Shown: one piece after another, positions 1 to 8,792 of the stretch
Layout: the number at the start of each line of letters is the position of its first letter
Numbering within the stretch: position 1 is the first letter of the stretch
From: an uncultured Pseudobdellovibrionaceae bacterium
Lineage (GTDB): Bacteria > Bdellovibrionota > FAC87 > UBA2466
Assembly: GCA_964611895.1 (NCBI GenBank)
Contig: CAZTDN010000019.1
Span: 577 to 64,576, forward strand
Length of the DNA stretch: 64,000 nucleotides
Direction: 5' to 3'
The notes under the pieces: generated by a model
Seen by the model: only the letters and a program-made list of their open reading frames with translations
Databases searched by the model: none
Told to the model about the DNA's origin: nothing
Translations under genes and position numbers: made by a program

Positions 1-1
1 C

Positions 2-1729
2 TTCGGCATTCTGGACGCTTCCGACGCAGGGTCCATAGTGAAAGAGCTGCTCAAAGACTTCAACTGCATGGGAAAAACAGCCTTTGATGCCGAGCGGATA
101 CTCTCTCTCCTGAGCCAATGGCGGGAAGAGGGGCGCACCGAGGCCCGTAAAGACGAAGATTATGAAACGGCTGTTGAATGGCTTTTGCCCCGGTACACCA
201 AACGGCTCGAGCACCTGGGTATGGTCGACTTTGACGGGCTGTTGCTGCTGCCTCTCATGTTGATGGAGAAAGACGCCGACATTCGCGCAGAAATTCAAAA
301 ATCTTTTGAACAGGTAATGGTGGACGAGTTTCAAGATACGAATCTGCTTCAAATGCGATTTCTAAAGCACCTCGTACATTCCCATCGTTGCCTGAGCGTG
401 GTGGGGGACGATGATCAGTCTATCTACGGCTGGCGGGGAGCAAGGGTGAGTAATATCTTGGATTTCCCCAAGCTATATAGTCGCTGCAAAGTCGTGCGAC
501 TCGAACGTAACTACCGTTCGACGCCTGCTATATTGGAGTTGGCAAACGCAGTTATTTCCAAGAATACCCAGCGGCACTCCAAAATTCTCAAGCCTGAAAA
601 ACATGGCGGTTCTAATGAACGGCCCGAGGTTTTTGTCTATGAAAATGAAGACGAAGAGGCCGAGTACACCGCTCTCGACGTGCAGCATCTGATCCATTCG
701 GGAACCAAGCGCCGCGATATCGCCATTTTGTACCGTTCCAACAGTCAGGGCGCGATGCTGGAAGCCGAGTTGCGCAAACATCAGATCCCCTACCTACTGA
801 GTGGTGGTACCGCGTTTTTTGATAGGCGCGAAACAAGAGACGTCCTGGCGTATCTTCGGTGCGGTCTAAAACCGAATGAGATTTCTCTGCGGCGAGTGCT
901 GAACGTCCCCCATCGCGGAATTGGGGATGCGACAATCGAAGCCTTGACGGCCCATAGCCGTTCTCATGGGGGTTCCTTTTTGGGGGCTCTACAGAATTGG
1001 CGCCAGGCAGGAGTGGAAGAGCGGCCGGGAAAAGCGATAGAGGGGTTTTTGCAGCTCGCTCAACAGCTGGTGCCAGAGATAATCCGCCCTGACCCGTCGA
1101 CGGGCGGGCAGCGTTTGGTCGCGTGGTTTGAGAAGATTGGCTATCGTGCATTTGTGGAGAAAAACGCACCTAATGCGATGGTTGCTCAAAAGCGCTGGCG
1201 CATTTTGGAGATGTTTTCTGGGATTCTCGACCGATTTCTGGCGACGGGTGGCAACAGCCGGGATTCAATTAAAGATTTTCTGGATGCCATGGAGTTGCGG
1301 GATGCCATGGACGAAAAAAAAGAAGATGAGGATCGTGTGCAGTTGCTGACTCTTCACGCGTGCAAAGGGCTGGAGTTTCCCAATGTGTTCTTGATCGGGG
1401 TGGAGGAAGATCTGATTCCACACAAGGTATTGGGTACGGATATCAGCGAGGAACGCAGGCTGTTTTACGTTGGGGTGACACGTGCGCAGACACGACTGAC
1501 GCTCTCCCGCGCCTGCCGTAGGCGTCGACATGGAAAATGGGCTCCGTGCGCCCCCTCCCGTTTTTTGCTCGAAATACCGCCAAAACTTCTTGTGGAAAAT
1601 GTAGGCCCTCGGCCTGTTCGAGAGAGTCACCGGCGCTCCATGGTGGACCAGCTTTTTCAAAAGCTAGATGCTCTCGATGAAAGAGCTGGCAAATCCTCTC
1701 TAGCAAAGACCGACTTGACCTCTTCCTGA
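2..1729 (+). CDS. UvrD/Rep/PcrA-family ATP-dependent DNA helicase, 5'-truncated by window start (C-terminal ~575 aa present)
   Basis: Frame is open from base 2 with no stop. Carries helicase motif II VMVDEFQDTN, motif III VVGDDDQSIYGWRGA, YRSTPAILELAN, and C-terminal LLTLHACKGLEFPNVFLIGVEEDLIPH plus VGVTRA typical of UvrD family. Confidence 0.85.
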   Translation, partial: FGILDASDAGSIVKELLKDFNCMGKTAFDAERILSLLSQWREEGRTEARKDEDYETAVEWLLPRYTKRLEHLGMVDFDGLLLLPLMLMEKDADIRAEIQKSFEQVMVDEFQDTNLLQMRFLKHLVHSHRCLSVVGDDDQSIYGWRGARVSNILDFPKLYSRCKVVRLERNYRSTPAILELANAVISKNTQRHSKILKPEKHGGSNERPEVFVYENEDEEAEYTALDVQHLIHSGTKRRDIAILYRSNSQGAMLEAELRKHQIPYLLSGGTAFFDRRETRDVLAYLRCGLKPNEISLRRVLNVPHRGIGDATIEALTAHSRSHGGSFLGALQNWRQAGVEERPGKAIEGFLQLAQQLVPEIIRPDPSTGGQRLVAWFEKIGYRAFVEKNAPNAMVAQKRWRILEMFSGILDRFLATGGNSRDSIKDFLDAMELRDAMDEKKEDEDRVQLLTLHACKGLEFPNVFLIGVEEDLIPHKVLGTDISEERRLFYVGVTRAQTRLTLSRACRRRRHGKWAPCAPSRFLLEIPPKLLVENVGPRPVRESHRRSMVDQLFQKLDALDERAGKSSLAKTDLTSS

Positions 1730-1820
1730 ACTCATTTGTTCTCACTAATGGCTTGGCCTGACCCGGTGCGGTGGACGGACTCTACTATTTGTTTTAAGAA
1801 CGAAACATGGGGGTTCGGCT

Positions 1821-2414
1821 ATGGGGATAGTTCGGGTTTTCGTTTTAGGCGCGGTTCTGGGGAGTGCAGCCTTTGGGGCTTGTACAGCACAGCAAAAACG
1901 TACGGTAGAAGCCGATGTTCGCCAGGCGTGTGCCGTGGTCAAGCGCTCGCTATATGTCCTAGAAAACTACGAAGGGTATTTGCGAAAGAACTTCGTCTAT
2001 AGTCTCGCTTTCAAGACCTATTTTGGTAATCAGAGTTTCTATAAAACTCTTTTGAAAAAAAGAATCAAAGCCTGCGAACAGGGCAAGATTTCCTACCAGT
2101 GTGTGGCCGACAACTCGGGCAACTGTGATTCGGAAAATGAGACGGATGCTTACGTATTGCACTACAAACCGTTGATTGGTTGGTACACCGTCCCTGGAAA
2201 TGTGATTCATTACTGCGACCGGTACTTTGCCTCCAATTCCATGCGCCGCCTGGATGATACGGTCCACGAGTTTGGGCGGTTGGAAGGCATTGGAGATGCG
2301 GAGACAGGAACCGATGATATCTACATGTGGGACGGGATCGTGAACCGCACCGGAATGGAACCCGGTTACTCCCAAGCCGTGAGCAGCGGTCACCCCGCAA
2401 TTGCTATTCGGTAA
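1821..2414 (+). CDS. hypothetical Cys-rich secreted protein
   Basis: N-terminal signal-peptide-like MGIVRVFVLGAVLGSAAFGA, multiple Cys, no recognisable catalytic motif. Competes with a less protein-like antisense ORF 1959..2468. Confidence 0.35.
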   Translation: MGIVRVFVLGAVLGSAAFGACTAQQKRTVEADVRQACAVVKRSLYVLENYEGYLRKNFVYSLAFKTYFGNQSFYKTLLKKRIKACEQGKISYQCVADNSGNCDSENETDAYVLHYKPLIGWYTVPGNVIHYCDRYFASNSMRRLDDTVHEFGRLEGIGDAETGTDDIYMWDGIVNRTGMEPGYSQAVSSGHPAIAIR

Positions 2415-3021
2415 TTTTGTCCGAGAGTTCGTTTGAGTCCTGCGGGCGGGGAGGGAACTCTTCAGCAAGCTTCGCGCCGATGTTCTGTATTACCGCGCAC
2501 AGCGCCGTGGCAGAATCTTTGCGTTTGATTCCGTCTACGAGTTTTGCAAGTTCATCATCCCAATACCCGGAAGGCACTCGCGAATGGATGCCTTTGTCCG
2601 CCAGTATTTCAGCGCAATTTTCAAACTCCGAAATGTAGATCAAAACGCCCGTGCGATCTTGTGTCTCGACAATCCCCTCCGCAACAAAACGTGCCAGGGC
2701 CTCCCGATGCACTTTGAATGCCCGTGTTTTGCGCGGCACAAGAAAACGCCGAACCTGCGGGGAAAAAGTTAGGCCTAGTCCAACGGCGAAACCCGCGAGC
2801 TGCCATTCCGCTAAACTAAGCGCCGAAGTGCCCCACTGAGGAAAGAGCCAATGCAATGCAGTGGCGCTTAACATCCCCGTATTGGCTAAGCACCAAGGGA
2901 CCCACGCGTACCCGCCACTCGAGCGCACTACCCGAACGACAATTTCTCCCGAAGTATTTTTTTCGGCGGTCGCGATGGCCTTTTCAATGCGGTCCTTATC
3001 CCCTTTTGAAAGCAAAGACAT
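2404..3021 (-). CDS. TPM-domain-like protein (third gene of lemA operon)
   Basis: ATG at 3019-3021 lies 3 nt after the stop of the upstream TPM gene. IEKAIATAEKNTSGEIVVRVV and GVLIYISEFENCAEILADKG resemble the TPM/DUF477 fold. Confidence 0.5.
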   Translation of the reverse strand: MSLLSKGDKDRIEKAIATAEKNTSGEIVVRVVRSSGGYAWVPWCLANTGMLSATALHWLFPQWGTSALSLAEWQLAGFAVGLGLTFSPQVRRFLVPRKTRAFKVHREALARFVAEGIVETQDRTGVLIYISEFENCAEILADKGIHSRVPSGYWDDELAKLVDGIKRKDSATALCAVIQNIGAKLAEEFPPRPQDSNELSDKITE

Positions 3022-3024
3022 GAT

Positions 3025-3762
3025 CTACCAGCTCGACGAAGAGCCGCCTCCTCCAAAGCTTCCGCCGCCACCACTAAACCCGCCTCCCCCAAAACCGCCT
3101 CCACCCCAGCCTCCGCCCCCGCCTCCGCGTCCCCAATGATCCCAGCCACTGGAGCGAGAGCCCCGCGCGTTTCGGAGTGCCCCATCAAAAAAGATCGCTG
3201 TGCCCGCGATAAAGATAAATAGCAAGATCGGGATCCACACTGGAATGACCTGTTCACGCCCCCGGGCATTTGCAAAATGAAGTTCTCTCCCTGTCTGGAC
3301 CTCAATACCCAGCAGCTGCCCTACAGCCATTACTGCTAGCGATAGCCCGTCTTCGTAGCGTTTTTTCTTAAAGTAGGGAGCGATTCCATCACTCAATATT
3401 CGCCGGGTTTGGACGTCGGTCAGTTCGCCCTCGAGGCCGTATCCGACTTCAAAGCGCATTTTGCGTTCGGCGGGCGCTACAACCAAAAGCAGTCCATTGT
3501 CGCTGCCTTTACGTCCAAGTTTCCACTCCTGCGCCACTGCGATCGAAAACGGCTCAATTTCTTCGCCTTGCAGAGACTCCGCGACCAAAATCGCCATCTG
3601 CACTTTGTGGCTTTGGTTGAGCTGAGCCAAAAGCCCTTCAACGCGGGAACGCTCAGTCGGTTTTAGCAGGGCGGCCGAGTCCACCAGCGGCCCAGACAAT
3701 GGTGGGACCGAAACAGCAATCGCTCCTAAGCAAAGCAATGCAAGCGCGAATGCGAACCTCAA
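3025..3762 (-). CDS. TPM domain protein (YgcG-like) with TM segment and Gly-rich C-terminal tail
   Basis: Signal peptide, DSAALLKPTERSRVEGLLAQLNQSHKVQMAILV, GLLLVVAPAERKMRFEVGYGLEG, a TM helix, then GGGGGGWGGGGFGGGGFSGGGGSFGGGG tail. Classic TPM_phosphatase/YgcG architecture, and overlaps lemA by 4 nt. Confidence 0.65.
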   Translation of the reverse strand: MRFAFALALLCLGAIAVSVPPLSGPLVDSAALLKPTERSRVEGLLAQLNQSHKVQMAILVAESLQGEEIEPFSIAVAQEWKLGRKGSDNGLLLVVAPAERKMRFEVGYGLEGELTDVQTRRILSDGIAPYFKKKRYEDGLSLAVMAVGQLLGIEVQTGRELHFANARGREQVIPVWIPILLFIFIAGTAIFFDGALRNARGSRSSGWDHWGRGGGGGGWGGGGFGGGGFSGGGGSFGGGGSSSSW

Positions 3763-4352
3763 AACTGAACCTTCGGCACGGACTTCGCTTCTTCACCGAT
3801 GGTAAAGTTTGCGCGGGGTTCCAGTTTCAAAATGTACCGCGCTGTTAGGTTGGTCGGAAAAAAGCGGACAGCCTTATTGTATTCCCCCACTTTGTCGATG
3901 TAGCGTTTTCGGGCCACGGTGATCCGGTTTTCCGTGCCCTCTAGCTGCGCCTGAAGATCTCTGAATCCAGTGTTTGCCTGAAGGGTAGGGTACTTCTCCA
4001 CCACGACCATTAGTCGAGAAAGTGCGCTACTCAATCCATCTTGAGCGCGCTGAAACCTACCAAATGCTTCGGGGTTGGAGAGCGCGTTTGCGTCTATTTT
4101 GGTTTGGGTGGCTTCGGCCCGCGCTTTTACCACGGCTTCTAGAGTCTCTTTTTCATGCTTCGCGTAACCTTTTACGGTGGCCACCAGGTTTGGAACCAGG
4201 TCCGTGCGCCGCTGGTATTGGTTTTCGACTTCGGACCAAGACATTTTTACGTCTTCGTCGAGGCCTTGGAGCTGATTGTAACCACAGCTGCTCAAGCTAA
4301 GAATCGTCAGCGGGAGCAGAGCTAAGAGAAAAGTTGGTTTAAATGCCTTCAC
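3759..4352 (-). CDS. lemA: LemA family lipoprotein
   Basis: LemA signature region SWSEVENQYQRRTDLVPNLVATVKGYAKHEKETLEAVVKAR...KYPTLQANTGFRDLQAQLEGTENRITVARKRYIDKVGEYN. Lipobox LSLSSCG. Probable GTG start at 4352 with a GGAG 9 nt upstream; the ORF track ATG is at 4376. Confidence 0.75.
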   Translation of the reverse strand: MKAFKPTFLLALLPLTILSLSSCGYNQLQGLDEDVKMSWSEVENQYQRRTDLVPNLVATVKGYAKHEKETLEAVVKARAEATQTKIDANALSNPEAFGRFQRAQDGLSSALSRLMVVVEKYPTLQANTGFRDLQAQLEGTENRITVARKRYIDKVGEYNKAVRFFPTNLTARYILKLEPRANFTIGEEAKSVPKVQF

Positions 4353-4480
4353 GGTAATTATCTCCAATGGGCACATTCCTGAGGCTGGCTAGCCGGAAGG
4401 TGCCGTAATTTGTCTCTCGTTTTATCGAAAGAACGGCCATGATACTACTGTCGTTTGGGTGGATTTGAAAGGTTGGCTTT

Positions 4481-4488
4481 GGTATAAT
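4481..4488 (+). promoter_or_regulatory. candidate sigma-70 extended -10 (TGgTATAAT) upstream of the Ser/Thr kinase
   Basis: Sequence tttggTATAATgc at 4478-4490, 19 nt upstream of the TTG start. No good -35, so only an extended -10 call. Confidence 0.25.
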
Positions 4489-4506
4489 GCGGCGCATTCG
4501 AACTAA

Positions 4507-6024
4507 TTGGGGGCTGTGGGGTTAGTGAGCGAAGAACAGTTGCATTCTTGCGTTCAGGCAGAAGGGTTCGAACTGCTCTCAGAAGTCGGGCGGGGGGCGT
4601 CGGCCCGTATTCTGCTCGCTCGAGAAATTTCTACGGGCGATAAAGTCTGTCTTAAACTCTTCCATCCCCGGCTTTTTCAAGAAGCCACCAGCCAGGCGCG
4701 CATACGTCGGGAAATGGAGCTCTCTTCGAAGCTTAAACACCCCCATATTCTAGCCGTGCGGCGTTTCGTTTTGGACACACCGTCGCCGTATATGGTGTTG
4801 GACTATGTTCCCGGAAAGAACCTAGAGAAGTTCCAAGCAAGCCTTCCTTATATTTTGCCCGAAGTCGCAGTGCAAATTTCGATACAGATTCTTAAAGCGC
4901 TTGAGTATTCCCATCGCAAAGGGATAGTGCACCGCGATCTTAAACCGGAAAATGTTTTGGTGCGTGAGGATGGCCAAGTGTTTGTTGCGGACTTTGGCTT
5001 AGCGAAGGGCCGCGATCACGCCGCGACAAATCTTTCCAATACTTTGGTGGGGTCAGTAGATTACATGTCTCCCGAGCAGGTAAAAGGAGACTCCGTCGGT
5101 CCGCAATCCGATCTCTTTTCGTTGGGGGCGGTGCTGTATTTCTTGACGACCGGAACTCGTCCGTTTTCGCGCGGCTCGATCGTGGCAACTCTGGAAGCTG
5201 TAAAAAACGCAGCTCCTGAGAGTCCGCTGAAGAGAAACCCGAAAATCAGTAACCGCTTGTCTGCCTTGATTCTTAAAGCGATGGCGCGGGACGTATCGGC
5301 TAGGTTTCAGAGCGCAACTGAAATGCGAACGGCGCTCGAAGGGTACTTAGCTGATACGGGCCTAAGCGAGAATACCTTCAATTTGCATGAGTGGATGGTG
5401 GATCCCTCCGCCGTAACCATGGACGCACTGGGGCGATGCGTGGAAACACTGACCGCTCGCGCGGAAAAGTTACTGGCGCAAAGGGAGTGGGATGCCTTTA
5501 CCGAAGTGCAATCGCACTTGAGTATCAAAGCCCCGGAAAGCGAATCGCTCAGGCGATTATCCACACTTTACCGAAGTACTCGTCGAGCCAAAACTCGTCC
5601 GGTCTTGCGGTGGTCCTTGGTTGCGGTCTGGTTGTTAGTCATTGTGGGAGCAGCTGTTTTTTACTGGCCGAAAAACCCACAACCCCAGAGTCTTCCATCT
5701 CCTGTTGTCGCAAATCCAGCCCCCGTCGAAGTCGCGCCAGCGGTTCCCGCTGAAACCATCATTCCCGATCCTAAACCTGCTCCCCACAAGTCGCCCGCGG
5801 CTGCCAAACTAAAGGCACCTTCCGCGGGTGCCGGGACGGTTTGGTTTCGTCTCCCCCAAGGCACTGAGGTTTATTGGAATGGGTTTCCGGTCGACCCGGA
5901 AAAACCGCTCTATAACCAGAAGTTCGGTTTGCACGATCTTAAAATGATCCGAGAGGGTTTTGATCCAATCACGGCCAAAGTTGAAGTGTCCGCCTCAAGG
6001 CCAACCATTATCAAGGTGAACTAA
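4507..6024 (+). CDS. Ser/Thr protein kinase (Hanks-type) with C-terminal TM helix and Pro-rich extracytoplasmic tail
   Basis: HRDLKPENVLV catalytic loop, DFGLAK, SPEQ. TM segment WSLVAVWLLVIVGAAVFYW followed by PQPQSLPSPVVANPAPVEVAPAVP. Start is TTG at 4507 (GTG 4522 is an alternative). Confidence 0.85.
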   Translation: MGAVGLVSEEQLHSCVQAEGFELLSEVGRGASARILLAREISTGDKVCLKLFHPRLFQEATSQARIRREMELSSKLKHPHILAVRRFVLDTPSPYMVLDYVPGKNLEKFQASLPYILPEVAVQISIQILKALEYSHRKGIVHRDLKPENVLVREDGQVFVADFGLAKGRDHAATNLSNTLVGSVDYMSPEQVKGDSVGPQSDLFSLGAVLYFLTTGTRPFSRGSIVATLEAVKNAAPESPLKRNPKISNRLSALILKAMARDVSARFQSATEMRTALEGYLADTGLSENTFNLHEWMVDPSAVTMDALGRCVETLTARAEKLLAQREWDAFTEVQSHLSIKAPESESLRRLSTLYRSTRRAKTRPVLRWSLVAVWLLVIVGAAVFYWPKNPQPQSLPSPVVANPAPVEVAPAVPAETIIPDPKPAPHKSPAAAKLKAPSAGAGTVWFRLPQGTEVYWNGFPVDPEKPLYNQKFGLHDLKMIREGFDPITAKVEVSASRPTIIKVN

Positions 6025-6026
6025 TC

Positions 6027-7829
6027 ATGATGTATCTCAAACTTTCCAATCAGGCGCCGCTTGGGATCGATAAAGCGGTTTTTACTGTGGGGTGGGGAAG
6101 GGCATTTGACGCTTCACTGGGTGATGGACCCGAGACCCTCTGTTTTTCCATTCAAAAAGAAGGCGAAACCTACCATCTCATTCCGGGCAGCGAACGCCTG
6201 CGCCTTAATGCGCGGATTGTTTCCGGAGTGGAACCTGTGCAGAGTTTGGATCGGATAAGCTGGCGGGAAGAAGCGGCGGTTTTGCTCACCGACATTCAGG
6301 TCGGAGAGACCGGCGAAAAACGAGACACTAGTCTAGAATGTCTGCGCATTTTGGAACAGTTGTCCATCCACTTGGAAAACTCCGAATCTCTGACGGGGGC
6401 GCTTCGCCAAGCGCTGAATGCGATGGCGAACGTAGCGGGAGCGCAGGGCGGAAATCTAGTGTCCGAAGTCGACCCCGGAAGTGGTTGGGAGTTGCTTGCA
6501 AGTTTTGGTTTGTCGTCAGGCGGCACTGCAGAAGAAAATCCCCGCAAGACCTTGCTCAGCCACACGGCGGTAAACGAAGCGATTCGTTCCCGGAAGCCAG
6601 TTTATGTCGAGAGCATCATCGGCCATGACTGGGCTGATCAGGCATCCATCTTAGGGGCCCGCATTTTTTCCCTAGCTTGCCTCCCTCTGGTTGTCGGAGA
6701 GCGTGTCTTTGGGTGTGTGTACTTGTTTACCAGGACGCCAGGAAAATCTATCCATCGGGATTCGCTCGCATCACTTTCCATTTTGGGCACACAGGTTGCC
6801 TTGCTTTTGGCTACCCGAGCTCAGTTGAATCGCGAGCGACAACGCAATCGGGAATTCAAAAACAAGTCGGGCGAAAAGAGCTTTGTGTACAACCGCGCCT
6901 TGGAAAATAGTCCGATGAAAGCTTTGGACCTGCGCATCTCAAAGCTTGCCCCAGCAGATCTAAACTTACTGGTCCTCGGAGAGACGGGTAGCGGCAAAGA
7001 GGTGATTGCTCGAGAACTCCATTTGCGGGGTGTCCGAAACAATGGGCCTTTTGTCGCTGTGAATTGCGGTGCCATTCCGGCAAGCCTGATTGAGTCTACG
7101 TTATTTGGATTTGTGAAAGGCTCCTTTACCGGAGCGACTCGCGATCAGGATGGGAAGTTTGTACAGGCAAACGGGGGGACGTTGTTTCTGGACGAGATTG
7201 GGGATCTCCCTTTGGATCTCCAAGTAAAGCTCTTGCGGGTTTTACAAGAGCGGAGCGTGGAACCGGTGGGCGGTTCCAAAGCAGTGCCAGTAGACTTTAA
7301 ACTGATTGCTGCCACTCACCAGGATTTGGAAGGGCTGGTCAAGAGTGGAAAGTTTCGACAGGATCTTTATTACCGGTTAAATGGCGCGTCTCTAGTGATT
7401 CCCCCTTTGCGTGAACGGACAGGCGATATTTTGCTTTTAGCGGAGTATTTTTTAGGCTTTTCGGGGATGGATCGCCGTTTTTCAATAGATGCAAAGCAGC
7501 GTCTATTACAGCATTCGTGGCCAGGAAATGTTCGGGAGCTGGAGCAAGTCGTTTGTCGGGCTGCAGCGCTTGCTGAGGGGGAGGAAATTTCGCCCGAGGA
7601 CCTGGAAATGGGAGTTTTGGCCACTTCAGGAAACGCCTCCAACTCTTTGGATATGGCCGATCTTCCTTCAGGATTGAGGGAAGCCCAAGAAACATTCACT
7701 CGGGAATTTGTTAGAGCTGCTCTGGAACAAAGTGGTGGCATGCGATCTAAAGCAGCCGCTCGGCTGGGAATTTCAGAGCGCACATTGTACCGCATTCTCT
7801 CCACTGCATCGTCTGACACTGCGATCTGA
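6027..7829 (+). CDS. sigma-54-dependent transcriptional activator with putative FHA-like N-terminus (central domain not classified)
   Basis: AAA+ sigma-54 interaction domain motifs GETGSGKEVIARELH, ESTLFGFVKGSFTGA, GGTLFLDEIGDL, and a C-terminal HTH (AARLGISERTLYRIL). An N-terminal ~90 aa beta-rich module (FTVGWGRAFDASLGD...LNARIVSG) resembles FHA; the segment between it and the AAA+ core is unclassified. Starts 2 nt after the kinase stop. Confidence 0.85.
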   Translation: MMYLKLSNQAPLGIDKAVFTVGWGRAFDASLGDGPETLCFSIQKEGETYHLIPGSERLRLNARIVSGVEPVQSLDRISWREEAAVLLTDIQVGETGEKRDTSLECLRILEQLSIHLENSESLTGALRQALNAMANVAGAQGGNLVSEVDPGSGWELLASFGLSSGGTAEENPRKTLLSHTAVNEAIRSRKPVYVESIIGHDWADQASILGARIFSLACLPLVVGERVFGCVYLFTRTPGKSIHRDSLASLSILGTQVALLLATRAQLNRERQRNREFKNKSGEKSFVYNRALENSPMKALDLRISKLAPADLNLLVLGETGSGKEVIARELHLRGVRNNGPFVAVNCGAIPASLIESTLFGFVKGSFTGATRDQDGKFVQANGGTLFLDEIGDLPLDLQVKLLRVLQERSVEPVGGSKAVPVDFKLIAATHQDLEGLVKSGKFRQDLYYRLNGASLVIPPLRERTGDILLLAEYFLGFSGMDRRFSIDAKQRLLQHSWPGNVRELEQVVCRAAALAEGEEISPEDLEMGVLATSGNASNSLDMADLPSGLREAQETFTREFVRAALEQSGGMRSKAAARLGISERTLYRILSTASSDTAI

Positions 7830-7879
7830 CAGTCCTGGCAGAAAGCGCTTTATTTGCGGAGCGGGGTGCCTGGTATTGC

Positions 7880-7895
7880 TGGCATCGACGTTGCA
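7880..7895 (+). promoter_or_regulatory. sigma-54 (-24/-12) promoter TGGCAT-N5-TTGCA
   Basis: ctGGcatcgacgttGCa has GG at 7881-82 and GC at 7893-94 (exact GG-N10-GC). It sits 50 nt after the sigma-54 activator stop and ~42 nt upstream of ATG 7938. Confidence 0.5.
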
Positions 7896-7937
7896 ATCGT
7901 TTTGTGTACCCAAAGTGGGCAAGAGGAGATTTCGAGT

Positions 7938-8741
7938 ATGAATATGCGGACTATTAGCATGTATTTGACCCTGACTGTTTTGCTATTTGCGATCATGACG
8001 GCTTCGGCTTTTGCGGATACGTACAATTTCTATTTTGATAAGAAAAAGAAAAGCCCGGATAATGCCGAAGCGATCGCTCCTCCACAGGCTGAGAATTCAA
8101 TAGAGGATTCGGCGGACTCTTACTCGAGACCGCTGCCTAAAGAGCCGCAGCCAGTCATCATTAACAACAACATTTCGACCCCGCGATCACCCGAGTATCT
8201 GGAGCCCACACCTAATGTCCCCACGCAAACGAGTGTTTCCTCCTATTCCTCTACGCCGCCGTATTCAGTGGAATCCGAAAAGCGGCTTAAGTGGAGTATC
8301 GGAACGTCCTTTTTGGTATGGGCGGGTCGAGAAAGGGTAGCGGATTTAGCCGATCCCAGCACCTACACAGACATTACCGCGAATCAAATTCTCCAGGGCG
8401 TGGGTGCTGCCGCTGCTGTTTCCCTTGGGTATCGAATACTGCCGGGATTGGGGGTCAGCGGTTATGTCGGAAATGCGAGTCGTGGGAGGGCGTTTGTGGG
8501 CGCTGATGTTGAGTGGTGGCCGCTGCGTTTGGATGTGGGTCGATTTGACCTGCTCGAACTTGCGCTTCTAGGTGGGGCATCCGATACGATTGCGTTTTCT
8601 GGGTACGGCTCTCCCGCTGTCTTGCCTCACTTGGGTACGCGACTGAACTTGAATCTTGGGCCGAGCTTTACACTGACGGCTTCGGTTCGGTTGAACCGCC
8701 AGGCGAGTATTGGTGAATTGGGAGTGGGAATCCATCTCTAA
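7938..8741 (+). CDS. hypothetical secreted/outer-membrane protein (low-complexity N-half, Gly/Ser/aromatic-rich C-half; beta-barrel-like guess)
   Basis: Signal peptide MNMRTISMYLTLTVLLFAIMTASAFA at the internal ATG 7938; the ORF-track start 7854 would overlap the sigma-54 promoter. C-half has alternating hydrophobic pattern, no conserved motif. Confidence 0.45.
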   Translation: MNMRTISMYLTLTVLLFAIMTASAFADTYNFYFDKKKKSPDNAEAIAPPQAENSIEDSADSYSRPLPKEPQPVIINNNISTPRSPEYLEPTPNVPTQTSVSSYSSTPPYSVESEKRLKWSIGTSFLVWAGRERVADLADPSTYTDITANQILQGVGAAAAVSLGYRILPGLGVSGYVGNASRGRAFVGADVEWWPLRLDVGRFDLLELALLGGASDTIAFSGYGSPAVLPHLGTRLNLNLGPSFTLTASVRLNRQASIGELGVGIHL

Positions 8742-8792
8742 TCCTAAATCGGTCCTAACACGAAACGAACAGTCGAGTGCGACAATGGGAGC

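Noticed and set aside
473-1189. Three minus-strand ORFs (102, 185, 66 aa) within the helicase gene
   Set aside because: Antisense to the UvrD-family frame, which has multiple canonical helicase motifs. No independent support.
2861-3139. 92-aa Pro-rich ORF (PPPPKLPPPPLNPPPPKPPPPQPPPPPPRPQ)
   Set aside because: It is the reverse complement of the Gly-rich tail of the TPM gene 3025-3762. Poly-Gly codons (GGN) read antisense as Pro (NCC), so it is an artefact and not a separate gene.
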